DNA from: Patescibacteria group bacterium
Lineage (GTDB): Bacteria; Patescibacteriota; Minisyncoccia; Phycocordibacterales; UBA918
Length of the DNA stretch: 64,000 nt
Assembly (NCBI GenBank): GCA_038065355.1
Contig: JBBTRC010000005.1
Span: 30,530-94,529 of the forward strand
Reading direction: 5' to 3'
The translations under genes were made by a program, and so were the position numbers. The notes below the pieces were generated by a model. The model made no database searches, was not told where the DNA came from, and worked only from the letters and a program-made list of their open reading frames with translations. Below are positions 52,788 to 63,099 of the stretch, piece by piece; within the stretch, counting starts at the first letter, position 1; every line of letters begins with the position of its first letter.

Positions 52788-53324
52788 TCAATCTACGAGA
52801 ATTTGCGTAGAATTAGGTAGGTTTTTTCTAATTATTTCAAGATCGAAGGTTGAATAGTCAGTACCTCGTAAGTCGAGCACTCTGAGCTTTTGCAAATTTC
52901 CCAATTCTTGCGGAAGGCCGGTGAGAGGATTGTGAGACAAGTTAAGAATTTCGAGCTGTGATAGTTGTCCGACCTCAGCTGGTAGTCCGGTGAAGTTGTT
53001 GCGACTAAGGTTAAGCTCCTGGAGTGAAGACAGGTGACGAATCTCCGCTTTCAGTGAACCAGAGAGACCGCGGCCTGATAGATCGAGGGTGGTCGTGTCG
53101 GTGGGCACATTGAAACCGTCATACACCACAACCATAGTGTTCGAACGAGCTGCCGAACCACCAAGCAAATCAGCGGCTTCCTTGGCGGCGTCAATTGACT
53201 CTTGGTAGGTTGATTCTGTCGCCTCGCTATCGCGAGGCGACACCGAAAGCGGCCCGCTACTCGTCAGCCACCACGCCGCTAAAGCCATCGTGACGAGCAG
53301 TCCGATGAGTCCAAAAAACTGCAT
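52788..53324 (-). CDS. Membrane-anchored leucine-rich-repeat protein. Start assigned to the internal Met MQFFGLIGLL.
   Basis: LRR units LQELNLSRNNFTGLPAEVGQLSQLEILNLSHNPLTGLPQELGNLQKLRVLDL. The chosen start removes the 67-nt overlap with the upstream gene. Confidence 0.6.
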   Translation of the reverse strand: MQFFGLIGLLVTMALAAWWLTSSGPLSVSPRDSEATESTYQESIDAAKEAADLLGGSAARSNTMVVVYDGFNVPTDTTTLDLSGRGLSGSLKAEIRHLSSLQELNLSRNNFTGLPAEVGQLSQLEILNLSHNPLTGLPQELGNLQKLRVLDLRGTDYSTFDLEIIRKNLPNSTQILVD

Positions 53325-53326
53325 GT

Positions 53327-53713
53327 TTACAAAACCGCGTGCGTCAAGATCATGATGAGTGCCATCACGAGGATGTAGCTTGCGTCTACCCAAATTGCGT
53401 ACTTACTCTTCTGTGAGAAAAGTCCGGCCGCTTTCACAAGTACTGCGAAAGTAATCGCGATTAAAATGGCGAGCGCAATGTTGCTGGTTGTTTCGGTGAC
53501 ACCGATGACCCAAGCGAATAAAAACGTGCCGACTGCTTGTGCGAGCATTGGCGCCATAGGCATCTGCTTGGTGCCGCTCATCGTAATTTTTGAGCCGCTG
53601 GCCCATTTGGTGCCAAATACTTTCGGTGAGTACCATACCCACCCGGCAATAAACGCTAACACTGCACCGACAACAACCGCGGTCCAGTTCACATCCAACA
53701 TGATTGATTCCAT
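53327..53713 (-). CDS. Small polytopic membrane protein (DUF1761-like).
   Basis: 128-aa ORF with 3-4 hydrophobic helices. Resembles the DUF1761 family by length and hydrophobicity pattern only. Confidence 0.5.
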   Translation of the reverse strand: MESIMLDVNWTAVVVGAVLAFIAGWVWYSPKVFGTKWASGSKITMSGTKQMPMAPMLAQAVGTFLFAWVIGVTETTSNIALAILIAITFAVLVKAAGLFSQKSKYAIWVDASYILVMALIMILTHAVL

Positions 53714-53760
53714 ATATATAAGGTTACTTTGTAACTTTTTTATTATACTCCGGTTTTAGA

Positions 53761-53796
53761 AAAAGTGGCGGGTGCATACGCACCCGCTACTTTTTC
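53761..53796. terminator. Bidirectional terminator hairpin (12-bp stem agtggcgggtgc / gcacccgctact) flanked by aaa and tttt, downstream of bipA.
   Basis: Inverted repeat read directly from the sequence. A second smaller hairpin lies at ~53806..53830. Confidence 0.5.
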
Positions 53797-53835
53797 TACC
53801 CTTAGCCTGCGCCTTAAGACGCAGGAATATATAAA

Positions 53836-55623
53836 TCATCTAGGTGTCCTTTTCCGGTCTCCTTCTTTGAGTTTTTGCTTGCGGAGGCGGATGGATTTTG
53901 GACAGACTTCGAGGTACTCGTCCTCTTGCATGATTTCAAGACCAATCTCAATCGTGAGCGGACGGTGCGGCGTCAGCGTGATGGCGTCGTCGCTGCCGGA
54001 CGCGCGAACGTTGGTGAGCTGTTTGCCTTTGGTTGGATTGACCACCATCTCTTCGCCTTTTGACGTATTGCCAACCACCATACCCTCATACACTTCGGTA
54101 CCAGGACCGATGTACAATTCGCCGCGGTCTTGGAGATTCCAGAGCGCAAAGCCGAGCGCTTTGCCGCTCTCCATTGAGATCATACTGCCAACCTGGCGTT
54201 TCTTGATCTCCCCGATGTATGGACGGAACTCAATAAAGCGCGAAGCTAGAATTCCCTCTCCTTTAGTATCAATCACAAACTGATTCTTGTAACCGAGAAG
54301 CCCCCGCGTTGGGCCTTCAAAGAGGAGGCGAACTTGGTTTTCATGGATAAACATGTTTTGCATGATGAAGCCGCGGTTCGAGAGCCGCTCGATGACCGCT
54401 CCTTGGTATTCATTTGGCACATCAACAGTGACTTCTTCAAACGGTTCAAGTTTTTCGCCGTTTTCTTCTTTGATGATGACCTTTGGCTGTGAGACTGAGA
54501 GCTCGTAACCTTCTCGGCGCATGTTCTCAAGGAGAATCGCAATGTGCATTTCACCGCGACCAAAGACACTATAGGCATCGCCGCCAGCCGCTTCGACGTG
54601 GAGGCCGACGTTGATTTCTTTTTCCTTCATCAGCCGCTCGCCGATTTGGCGAGAGGTGACATATTTACCTTCGCGGCCGGCGAGCGGCGATGAGTTAACC
54701 AAAAACTGCAGACCGACGGTCGGCTCGTCGATGGAAATGGCAGGTAAAATATCCGCTCCCTCCTGGTCGGTGATGGTTTCGCCGATGTTAATGTCTTCAA
54801 GACCGGCAATGAGCACAATGTCGCCCGCTCCGGCCTCTTGAATTTCTACCTGCCGGACACCTTGGTAGCCAGAGAGTTTCACAATCTTTCCCTTTTTTAT
54901 CGGCTGCCCGTCGGCCTTGATAAAGACCGGCATGCCCTTTGCTATCTTCCCATCATACACGCGTGCAACGGCCAGGCGGCCAAGGAAATTGTCGTAGCCA
55001 AGGTTGAACACCTGAGCGCGAAGCGCTTCGCCTTCTACGTAACTTTTTGCCGCCGGCACTTTTTCGAGCACCACGTCGAGCACGGGCGAAAGATCTTTGA
55101 GTTCGTCGTCCATTTTTCGTTTGGCGACTTTATTGCGGCCAATCGCGTACACCACTGGGAAATTTGACTGTTCGTCAGATGCACCGAGTTCGAGAAAGAG
55201 TTCAAGCACCTGCTCCTCAGTGCGGTGCGGGTCAGCCGCTGGCTTGTCGATTTTGTTGATAACTACAATTGGTTTGAGACCGAGTTCGAGGGATTTTTTG
55301 AGCACAAAGCGAGTCTGTGGCATCGGCCCTTCCTGGGCATCGACAACCAAAAGCACAGAGTCGATAGACCGGAGCACGCGTTCCACTTCCGAACCAAAGT
55401 CAGCGTGGCCGGGGGTATCGACAATGTTGATTTTGGTGCCCTTGTAGGTCACTGAGGTGTTTTTCGCGTAAATCGTAATGCCACGCTCCTGCTCGAGCGC
55501 GTTGCTGTCCATCGACTGCCCCTCCTCGCGCGCGCCGGTAAATTCCATGAGACCATCGGTGAGCGTGGTCTTGCCATGGTCGACGTGAGCGATGATGGCG
55601 ATATTGCGAATTTCTTGTGACAT
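53836..55623 (-). CDS. typA: Translational GTPase BipA/TypA.
   Basis: G1 [21 protein letters not shown] and NKIDK motifs. ~595 aa, typical length. Start at [13 protein letters not shown]. Confidence 0.9.
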   Translation of the reverse strand: MSQEIRNIAIIAHVDHGKTTLTDGLMEFTGAREEGQSMDSNALEQERGITIYAKNTSVTYKGTKINIVDTPGHADFGSEVERVLRSIDSVLLVVDAQEGPMPQTRFVLKKSLELGLKPIVVINKIDKPAADPHRTEEQVLELFLELGASDEQSNFPVVYAIGRNKVAKRKMDDELKDLSPVLDVVLEKVPAAKSYVEGEALRAQVFNLGYDNFLGRLAVARVYDGKIAKGMPVFIKADGQPIKKGKIVKLSGYQGVRQVEIQEAGAGDIVLIAGLEDINIGETITDQEGADILPAISIDEPTVGLQFLVNSSPLAGREGKYVTSRQIGERLMKEKEINVGLHVEAAGGDAYSVFGRGEMHIAILLENMRREGYELSVSQPKVIIKEENGEKLEPFEEVTVDVPNEYQGAVIERLSNRGFIMQNMFIHENQVRLLFEGPTRGLLGYKNQFVIDTKGEGILASRFIEFRPYIGEIKKRQVGSMISMESGKALGFALWNLQDRGELYIGPGTEVYEGMVVGNTSKGEEMVVNPTKGKQLTNVRASGSDDAITLTPHRPLTIEIGLEIMQEDEYLEVCPKSIRLRKQKLKEGDRKRTPR

Positions 55624-55784
55624 AAAGGATAAAAATAAATGAGAAAGGGGCGCCCGCTTGCGGGCGCCCCTCAAGCGGAGCTAGTATGCCCCGAAACTAC
55701 TATTTCGTCAATTACAACTGGCCGAGAAAGGCTAGATTCGCAAAATACATCAAAACCAGACCGGCGATGAAGATGACCAAAAAT

Positions 55785-56432
55785 TTAAGCCACATGAGCA
55801 ATCTGTTTACGTCGTCGCCAAGTAATGTACAACCCGGCCAACACAATGATGATGCCGACTGGGTAATACACATACGATGAAGCAAAAATGTGTAGCCACG
55901 AAAGTTTGAAATTTTGCTGTGTTTCAAAGATATTGCCGAGCATAGCGAAGTATCCGGCTTTCGTCGGCATCTCGCCAAACACCAACATATACTCGCCACC
56001 GTTGTCGGGCGTGCTGATTTCGACTCGGTACGTACCGGCCTCGACTGGTACTTGTAGCGGCTCGCTCACCAAAAACTTCATTCCCATGACGCTATCACTC
56101 ACCTGGCGCCATTCTTCGATTGGCTGTTTCAAGCGAGCAATTTCCGTGACACCAGTGCCGTCTTCGTTGACTCGTACCGCGATCAGCGCAAATTCATACG
56201 GCTCTCCTTGGTCACGCTGTCGAATTTCAACCGTGAGTGTAAACGGCTCGGCTGAAGAAAGTTCCATCATTTCTGGGAAATCATCGAGCTGACCGAGGTA
56301 TTCTCGCGCGACGGAAGGTTCACCATTAAAAACTTCTACTGGTTCATACGGTTCGGACGGATCAATAGTGGTCGGATTGTAAGCGAGCGTGGGCGCTGCG
56401 AAAAAGATAAGCAGGAGGAGCGTTTTTTTCAT
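55785..56432 (-). CDS. Secreted protein with C-terminal TM anchor and RRRK tail; unknown function.
   Basis: Signal MKKTLLLLIFFAAPTLA. C-terminal VGIIIVLAGLYITW + RRRKQ. Confidence 0.5.
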   Translation of the reverse strand: MKKTLLLLIFFAAPTLAYNPTTIDPSEPYEPVEVFNGEPSVAREYLGQLDDFPEMMELSSAEPFTLTVEIRQRDQGEPYEFALIAVRVNEDGTGVTEIARLKQPIEEWRQVSDSVMGMKFLVSEPLQVPVEAGTYRVEISTPDNGGEYMLVFGEMPTKAGYFAMLGNIFETQQNFKLSWLHIFASSYVYYPVGIIIVLAGLYITWRRRKQIAHVA

Positions 56433-56490
56433 CGCTCAATCATAACAAAAGAAGTGCCTGGTCGCACTTCTTTTGCAAGAAATAGAAATG

Positions 56491-57099
56491 TTAACGGTGC
56501 CAGTGCGGACCCCGATCGACTCCAGCCTCTTCCAAGATCGCTTGGACGGCTTCTCGGTCGTTGGCTTGTTTCGCAACAGAAAGCGCATCTCTCTGCTCAC
56601 TGGTCAACTCGCTTCCCTGGTGCCAAAAGAAGTGTCCGTGCGGATGCAGCGACGGCTGAATGCCTAAGTCATCAAGCACACTTTGCGCTTCGTCTAATTT
56701 GCCGGCGTTTTTGAGTTCGTGCGCCTCAACAAAGGCTTGGAAGTCTGCTTCAGTGGTGATTAAGTCTTCAAGTGGCGTGTCGACAATGGCACGTTTGAAC
56801 GCCGCAAAATCTCCTGCCAGAACTGCCATATGCATTTCTTGACGAGCGTCTCGGGCCGCCTTCCTAATTGCCTCTAGAGTTTCCTCGGTCACTCCTGCTT
56901 CTTCAAGCACGCCGCGCGCCGCCGTATAGTCTCCGTCTTCTCGTAGTTGGCGCGCTTCTTCAAATGCCACCTGCTCTGCCTCACTCAAACCCGCTCTTCG
57001 GAGTAGGTCTTTGCCACCATAGGCCTGCACGCCGGTTGCGGTTAGTGCGAGCGCCGCAATGGCGATCAACAATGATTTAGATTGCATAGGTACGTTCAA
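56491..57099 (-). CDS. Secreted helical-repeat protein with a His-rich C-terminus; unknown function.
   Basis: Signal peptide. Repeated EEAG(V/V)...E...A(I/L) units. HPHGHFFWH and GPHWH. Confidence 0.45.
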   Translation of the reverse strand: MNVPMQSKSLLIAIAALALTATGVQAYGGKDLLRRAGLSEAEQVAFEEARQLREDGDYTAARGVLEEAGVTEETLEAIRKAARDARQEMHMAVLAGDFAAFKRAIVDTPLEDLITTEADFQAFVEAHELKNAGKLDEAQSVLDDLGIQPSLHPHGHFFWHQGSELTSEQRDALSVAKQANDREAVQAILEEAGVDRGPHWHR

Positions 57100-57173
57100 A
57101 TTCCGTTAAGAACAAAGTGCAGGATAGCTACCCCTGCACTTTTTCATACGTGAGACTTTTTTAGAACTTTCAC

Positions 57174-57683
57174 CTAAATGCGGTTTTCAAAATAATTCCA
57201 AATTTTGGCAAGGCTGGTCCAGAGCGGACTGTCAGCCAAGGTGGCGGTACCGCATGAATTTAAGATAAATTCGTCTCCATTTTGCGTGATAGTGTAGCGC
57301 ACATCAATACCGTCAGTATATGAATTACACACCGCCGGCTGAATTTTTTTAGACTGTGCAATAAGTTCAAGGCGGGTGATGTTTTTTTTCAGCTCAGATT
57401 GGAGAGTAAGCGGCAAAATACCCTCGCGAACGACTTGATCCAACCCTACGCCTGGGGTGTAGAGGTAGCGGTATTCGCCGTTGTGTTCGAGCTTAAACGA
57501 CGGGCAGAGGTTGCGACAGCCGCCGTAGGCCTCTCCGACGATGGTAAAGGTATCGACTTCCTCGGCGGTAGCCACCACATCAGGATTATAGAGAGTGGCA
57601 AACTGCGTCACATAGAGGTACGCGCCACCCAAAAATCCGACCACGAAAGTAACGAGGAGGCTTAAGAGGTCAGATTTTTTCAT
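57174..57683 (-). CDS. Hypothetical N-terminally anchored protein. Start assigned to MKKSDLLSLLVTFVVGFLGG.
   Basis: ORF with N-terminal TM. No motifs recognised. Confidence 0.45.
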   Translation of the reverse strand: MKKSDLLSLLVTFVVGFLGGAYLYVTQFATLYNPDVVATAEEVDTFTIVGEAYGGCRNLCPSFKLEHNGEYRYLYTPGVGLDQVVREGILPLTLQSELKKNITRLELIAQSKKIQPAVCNSYTDGIDVRYTITQNGDEFILNSCGTATLADSPLWTSLAKIWNYFENRI

Positions 57684-57762
57684 GGCACCATTATACCTAG
57701 AAAAACAAGAAACCGCCGCCAAGCAAAAGCAAGGCGGCGGTGTGTACTTCAGCTTGCGCATT

Positions 57763-57939
57763 TCAGCGCAAACCATTGGTGCGGTTGCGGCGGGTGAAGA
57801 TCATTATGATCGAAATCACCAGCAGAGGCATGATCAGGTTGCCGCTGAGATACCATGGAAATTTATCAAGGCAGTGGGCAGCTCGATATTGAATAAAACC
57901 ATAGGCAACGCACAAAAGCACGGCAATGAGGCTGTACAT
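57763..57939 (-). CDS. Small membrane protein (58 aa) not in the supplied ORF track.
   Basis: Manual translation MYSLIAVLLCVAYGFIQYRAAHCLDKFPWYLSGNLIMPLLVISIIMIFTRRNRTNGLR, preceded by GGAGG 7 nt upstream of the ATG. Confidence 0.4.
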   Translation of the reverse strand: MYSLIAVLLCVAYGFIQYRAAHCLDKFPWYLSGNLIMPLLVISIIMIFTRRNRTNGLR

Positions 57940-58012
57940 AGCACGTCCTCCTGTTGCAAAAAAGAACCGAGTCGTCGTCTTTATACGTCAATGCCCGCAA
58001 TCTGTCAAAAAT

Positions 58013-59098
58013 TTAACGAGGGTGATTGAACTGCTTTTCCACGTCCTCAATCAAGTAGAGCACGTGGAGGAGAGGCACAGCGATTGTTCTGGTATAGTCG
58101 GACACCTCGCTGTCGGTCAGCCTCCCCACACTGCGGCCAAGCCTAATTTTATTATCCGGATACAGCAGGTACACCTGATTACCGATGAACGAGATGCGAA
58201 TGTTCGCTTTCCTCCCTTGCCACCAGTTGTGCAAGTCGCTCATGAAATCGGTAGAAAGCACATACCGCGCCTCAATAGGATCGGTTGTAGCCACGTGTAG
58301 TAATTTTTCAAAATCATTCCACTCAAGCTCGGTCGTGAGAGCGCCAGCCCCGGCCAACGATTTCCAAAATGACCGGTGGCCAAAGCCGTGCTTATCACCT
58401 TCGGTTGAGACAAAGGTTTTGCCTACCAGCGTTCGATCAAGCTCGAATGAAGCAAAATAGCCTTTGAAAATATGTTTGACATGACGATTTTTGCCGCTAC
58501 CAGTCTGGTGCGAGAGATCAAGTTCTGTTACCTGAAAGTGCTTGCCGCCAATTCTTGTTTCATACGCGTCATCAACTGTGTTGGTGTTATGCGGCTCAGT
58601 CACGAGCTCCGAAGCGGCAAGCACGTTCAATACTATCTCCTTTTTCGCTTGGTCGTCGGTGAGAGAAATATCAGCCAGGGTCGATGCGGCTGTAATTTCA
58701 ACCGCACTACCGACTGTCTCGCTCTTTAGGTCAAACAGTGAGAAAACCAACGGGAACAGCAGTGCGTTTAATTTTTTGTTGAACTTAGCGATGAAGGTAC
58801 CAGCTTTGAAAATCCACCAGCCGCCCGTGCCCGCGAGCAAGCATGAGAGGAATAAGAGTGAAAAAAACAGCGGTGGCGACGAATCGTACACACCAAATGA
58901 TCCATCGGTAAAAAATGTAAATAAAATAAAACCAGCGACGGCGAAAACTATTCCCAAAACAAACTTCCCTTTCTGCCGTATATATTCGGCCTCGTCGCTC
59001 TCAAGCGCCTGTCTAAGACTTTGTAACAGTTCCGGTACCCGCCGGTCGATCTCACCGACCAGCGTCTCTTCATTTGGGTAGCGCGCTTTTATTTGCAT
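58013..59098 (-). CDS. Membrane protein with two N-terminal TM helices and a ~250-aa cytoplasmic domain (DUF3137-like).
   Basis: TM pair FVLGIVFAVAGFILFTFF / LFFSLLFLSCLLAGTGGWWIF. Family assignment tentative. Confidence 0.45.
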   Translation of the reverse strand: MQIKARYPNEETLVGEIDRRVPELLQSLRQALESDEAEYIRQKGKFVLGIVFAVAGFILFTFFTDGSFGVYDSSPPLFFSLLFLSCLLAGTGGWWIFKAGTFIAKFNKKLNALLFPLVFSLFDLKSETVGSAVEITAASTLADISLTDDQAKKEIVLNVLAASELVTEPHNTNTVDDAYETRIGGKHFQVTELDLSHQTGSGKNRHVKHIFKGYFASFELDRTLVGKTFVSTEGDKHGFGHRSFWKSLAGAGALTTELEWNDFEKLLHVATTDPIEARYVLSTDFMSDLHNWWQGRKANIRISFIGNQVYLLYPDNKIRLGRSVGRLTDSEVSDYTRTIAVPLLHVLYLIEDVEKQFNHPR

Positions 59099-59127
59099 AG
59101 GTAATATTATAAAAATAGTGACTGCTC

Positions 59128-59454
59128 TTACCTACTCGCATTAATGGCCGTCGCAACCCACTCCTTCAACTCGTCACGGTTTTCATAGACCGCCTCTCCG
59201 ACCAACCAATAATTCATCGTGTACGTTTTCCCGTCTCGTTTGCTGTAGGCAAATGGGTGGCTGGCACGTTCCAAGAAAAATTTCTTTGTGCTTTCGTTTG
59301 CTTTGAAATACAGTTCACCATCCACAATGATGGCAAATATCTTCCCTTGCTGATATACACCATGTCCGCCAAACATCGCTCGGCTTGTGATGTCTGAGAT
59401 GTCGCGAAGCACATCATACACAATATAGTCGTGAAATGAGGTGTCTTTCGCCAT
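59128..59454 (-). CDS. TfoX/Sxy N-terminal-domain protein.
   Basis: 108-aa ORF. RAMFGGHGVYQQGKIFAIIVDGELYFKA matches the TfoX_N pattern. Confidence 0.6.
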   Translation of the reverse strand: MAKDTSFHDYIVYDVLRDISDITSRAMFGGHGVYQQGKIFAIIVDGELYFKANESTKKFFLERASHPFAYSKRDGKTYTMNYWLVGEAVYENRDELKEWVATAINASR

Positions 59455-59483
59455 CGCTTTTATTCTAGCAAAAACGCTGTTCG

Positions 59484-59933
59484 CTAGTTACTGCCTTGAG
59501 CTAGAGCACTCGACTTCTCAATCTCCTTCACTGCTTCTTCCTTTCCTAAAAAATTTCCCACCCTCGTATTTCGGTTCGGTTGATCTTGGTAGTATCGAGC
59601 GTTAAAATCCAGCAGTTTTGTTTTAACCTCAGCATCAACCTTAAAATCCTCTCCCTTTAAGGAGATCAGTATTTTATGGTCCGGTTGATCATCTTCGAAA
59701 TACTCAACCATTCCTATTGGTTCACCTTCAATTATTGAGCACGCCTCCAGCTTTTTGTTTGTGATAACGTAACAATCTAATTCGCCGCCGTCTGAAGCGA
59801 GGGTACCTAAGATGTACCCGTATGCATAGGGGTACGTGACATGAAAATCCACAGTCCGTTCATACACTCCTGTTTCTTTATTAAAAATGTTCCGCTTGCG
59901 TTTTTCTCCTGATTGCTCAATAAAAATTCTCAT
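59484..59933 (-). CDS. ppa: Family I inorganic pyrophosphatase, short form.
   Basis: YPYAYGYILGTLASDGGELDCYVIT...IGMVEYFEDDQPDHKIL matches the PPase YPxNYGFIP...DGDPLDVLV...D.GE.D.K signature. Confidence 0.6.
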   Translation of the reverse strand: MRIFIEQSGEKRKRNIFNKETGVYERTVDFHVTYPYAYGYILGTLASDGGELDCYVITNKKLEACSIIEGEPIGMVEYFEDDQPDHKILISLKGEDFKVDAEVKTKLLDFNARYYQDQPNRNTRVGNFLGKEEAVKEIEKSSALAQGSN

Positions 59934-60152
59934 ATAGACAGTGTAGCAGTACTATGTGGGTCTGTCCTATTAAGTTCTTGGTGCGGGAACGATTGTCGGA
60001 ACTTTGAACCAAAGATACGGTACGGTTCACATTCGAGAATCTTGATAAAAGTGTACAAAAACTAAAAGGTGTTCACAAAATTCACCTTCAACGGTTCAAG
60101 GTTGCCCAAGCCAAAGTCAAATAAAAGGTAAGGGTGCGGTGGATTACTCAAA

Positions 60153-61124
60153 TTAGTACGCCGTAGTCCTTGTCCGATGGAAGGGCGTGTCTGCATTTCC
60201 TCCGACAGACCATAAATAATCGTTAATGTTCAAAGCAGAAACTTCTATATTTTGAACTTCAAGTGTTTTTCGTATCAATTCAATCGCCCAAATTGTACAA
60301 GACCTTATCTCAACTTCTTCAGGACTGCCTTTCGGTAGCAATTCTTCATTATCAATTTTTTTGCTCAACTCTGCCGAATACTCAAGTACTCCAAGTTTTC
60401 GCAATAGATTAGGAATTATATAATCGGCTAAGGCAGTAAGAGCTCCTATATTTTTTAACTCGCCATATCCTTTGCCTTGAAAGATTGAATAAATACCTTC
60501 AACAAGTGCTTGCGCTCTTTTCTGAAAAAATACTTTTTCTGATTTGTACAATGCAAAATCCTGAAAAGAAGGAAACGTTTCAAGGATAAGGTCTACCAAA
60601 ACAATTGCGTCATTCTTTGATTCGCGTATTAAGGATGAAAATTGTCCATCAAATTTTTGTACTAAGATTGTACCTACTTCATTAAGGATTTTTACCCTTT
60701 CTTCCAATAGTGGGATTTCCACATTGCCCCTTAAAATTTTGGACAATTCTTCTTTAGAGACAGTTGCAAGAAACACAGGATTCAAAATATCCGCACCTTC
60801 TTCTATTGCTCTGAAAATACTTGCGACCAAACTCCACGAACCTCTCGTATAAAGTTTTCCTTTGTATTCAACATTCCAGTATGGATTTCCCCAATATGAA
60901 AAACTAATTACATTAAATACCACAATAAACATCAACTTTTGATTTGTGCTTAATTGTTCAATATCAAACGGCGAATCCCTCAGCCAATAATGATTCGCAT
61001 GCTTTTCAAAACCGCCTGAAAATTCTGTTATTTTGGTGTGGTTGATTTTTACAAAATTTGCATTTTGCACAACATGCCAAGTTGACTCTAAGATTTGGTT
61101 ATTTTTTGCTTTCATAGATAGCAA
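60153..61124 (-). CDS. Hypothetical protein, 323 aa (possibly queuosine-salvage DUF2419-like), in an AT-rich segment.
   Basis: ORF only. Family suggestion from length and general composition; not verifiable here. Confidence 0.35.
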   Translation of the reverse strand: MLSMKAKNNQILESTWHVVQNANFVKINHTKITEFSGGFEKHANHYWLRDSPFDIEQLSTNQKLMFIVVFNVISFSYWGNPYWNVEYKGKLYTRGSWSLVASIFRAIEEGADILNPVFLATVSKEELSKILRGNVEIPLLEERVKILNEVGTILVQKFDGQFSSLIRESKNDAIVLVDLILETFPSFQDFALYKSEKVFFQKRAQALVEGIYSIFQGKGYGELKNIGALTALADYIIPNLLRKLGVLEYSAELSKKIDNEELLPKGSPEEVEIRSCTIWAIELIRKTLEVQNIEVSALNINDYLWSVGGNADTPFHRTRTTAY

Positions 61125-61839
61125 TATTGTGTGTTATTTTCTCGGAACTTATTTTTGCGGCTATTTCATCTCCCCAAATAATCTTAAAAACACCCTTTGC
61201 AGTTTCTAAATTTCTAAATTCAAAAAATGTTTCAAAAGATTGTGCTTTTCTAAATCCCGATTTTTCTAACCATTCCTGCTTAATGCGTGTCTTTCCATTT
61301 CCAGCTTCGCCTTCAATAATGTTTTTAAATTCTCCACTGACATCGTTCTCTACGAGATAAATTGAGCCATCTAGTTTGAGGATTCTTCTAAGCTCTGTGA
61401 TTGTTCTGGCTCTCAAGTCTAGGTTGTGAATTGACCCAATCACCCAACTTGCGAAAATTACATCGACCGAATCTGATTCCAGCGATATAGTATTCTCGTC
61501 GTTTTTTAAAAATTTTACATTATGAAATGCTCCGGCTTTCTTTCGAGCAATCGCCAATTGATTTTCTGAAATATCAACTGCCCAATATGTTTTTGCCAAG
61601 GGGGCAAATTCGGAGATAAATTTACCCGTACCACATCCAAAATCTAAAACTACTTTTCCTTCCATTTTTGATGCCAAAAAACCAACTACTTTTTTAGGAG
61701 CGTCTTCTGCTTGGCTAAACTCTTCATACACACTGGCTTTGCCATTGTAAAATTCAGAACCAGCGCCCAGTTTGTCATTTTCCCAAAGTGGATGGTCTTT
61801 CATAAATTTATTTAAAAGCTCGTCGTTTGAAACCTTCAA
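61099..61839 (-). CDS. Class I SAM-dependent methyltransferase.
   Basis: Motif I VVLDFGCGTGKF and downstream acidic/aromatic motifs. Confidence 0.75.
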   Translation of the reverse strand: MKVSNDELLNKFMKDHPLWENDKLGAGSEFYNGKASVYEEFSQAEDAPKKVVGFLASKMEGKVVLDFGCGTGKFISEFAPLAKTYWAVDISENQLAIARKKAGAFHNVKFLKNDENTISLESDSVDVIFASWVIGSIHNLDLRARTITELRRILKLDGSIYLVENDVSGEFKNIIEGEAGNGKTRIKQEWLEKSGFRKAQSFETFFEFRNLETAKGVFKIIWGDEIAAKISSEKITHNIAIYESKK

Positions 61840-61887
61840 CGCTCTAGGAATTTCCTGATAGTGGCTAGGGTTGGGTTTTCATTTTTT

Positions 61888-61975
61888 TGGCGGAAGAGAC
61901 AGGATTTGAACCTGCGAAGGGTTGCCCCTTACACGCTTTCCAAGCGTGCGCCTTAAACCGCTCGGCCACTCTTCC
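61888..61975 (-). tRNA. tRNA-Ser (anticodon GGA), 88 nt, long variable arm, CCA encoded.
   Basis: Reverse complement folds as a cloverleaf: acceptor GGAAGAG/CTCTTCC, D-arm GCC...GGC, anticodon stem CACGC/GCGTG with loop TTGGAAA, 18-nt variable arm, T-arm GCAGG-TTCAAAT-CCTGT, then GCCA. Confidence 0.85.
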
Positions 61976-62001
61976 GTGACAAATGTTATATCACATTTGT
62001 C

Positions 62002-62904
62002 TTAACCCATGTCGCGCAGGCGCTTGATGCGTTCGGCGGCGGGTGGATGGGTTTGGAAGAGGCTAGAAATCTTTTGCGTCATGCTGCGTTTGTCGCCGCC
62101 AAACGGATCGGCGATGAAGAGGTGCGCGGTGGCGTTGTTGGCCCGGCGCATGGGGCGGCCGTAGGCATGGATCTTTTCAAGTGCAGAGGCGAGCCCTTCT
62201 GGATAGCGGGTCAAGAGCGCGCCCGAAGCATCAGCCAAGTATTCGCGCCGGCGCGAGATGGCGAGCTGTATGAGCTGGGCGGCAAGCGGCGCGAGGATGA
62301 TGCCGATAATTCCCAGCACAAAGAATACCGCGCCGGCGCGATTGTCGTCACGATTGCCTCCGCCGCCAAACATCATGGCGCGCATAAAGAAGTCGGACAA
62401 AATGGCGATGAAGCCCGCGAGCACAACGGCCACCGTCGACACCAGCATGTCGCGATTGCCGATATGCGAAAGCTCGTGTGCCATCACGCCTTCAAGCTCG
62501 GTTTGATTAAGAATTTGCAGTATGCCGGTTGTAGCCGCGACCGCCGCATGCTCTGGGTCACGACCGGTCGCAAAGGCGTTCGGTGCCGGATCTTCTACTA
62601 CATACACTTTCGGCATGGGTAAACCGGCGGTGATGGAAAGGTTTTCGACGGTATTCCAAAGCACCGGGTAGGCTTCACGAGTGGCTGGCTTGGCACCAGT
62701 CATGGCTATTACCAATTTATCTGAATACCAGTAGCTACCGACATTCATCACGAGAGCAAACACAATGGCGCCATACAGTATGGTGGAGTCACCGAGAAGG
62801 TAGGCCGCTATGTACCCAATTAAAATGACCAACACAAAAAACCCAACCATCAAAAACCAGGTCTTCCGAATATTCGCACCTTGCTGTGTGTAGAGGGTGG
62901 CCAT
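62002..62904 (-). CDS. htpX: Membrane zinc metalloprotease HtpX (M48 family).
   Basis: Four TM segments. HELSHIGNRD (HExxH) motif. Typical HtpX N-terminus. Confidence 0.85.
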   Translation of the reverse strand: MATLYTQQGANIRKTWFLMVGFFVLVILIGYIAAYLLGDSTILYGAIVFALVMNVGSYWYSDKLVIAMTGAKPATREAYPVLWNTVENLSITAGLPMPKVYVVEDPAPNAFATGRDPEHAAVAATTGILQILNQTELEGVMAHELSHIGNRDMLVSTVAVVLAGFIAILSDFFMRAMMFGGGGNRDDNRAGAVFFVLGIIGIILAPLAAQLIQLAISRRREYLADASGALLTRYPEGLASALEKIHAYGRPMRRANNATAHLFIADPFGGDKRSMTQKISSLFQTHPPAAERIKRLRDMG

Positions 62905-63099
62905 GAATGAGAAAACGAGCGCGTAGCGCGACTATTTCGAATAACCTAGAAATTAAAGAGAGTTTACTCGACTATAATTTCGGAAATACTCTTGTGGTGT
63001 TATACAGGCGCCTCGGCAGATTCGACCTACCGAGGGAGAATCTGCCGGCGGCGAGCTGTAGAGTTATTCTAACTTACTGCGTAGTAAAGTAAACTTTTA

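Noticed and set aside
59934-60152. Possible direct repeat of the tRNA-Ser 3' end (ggaactttgaacc vs ggatttgaacc) marking an island boundary.
   Set aside because: The match is short (11 of 13 with an indel) and could easily be chance. No integrase gene supports an integration event.
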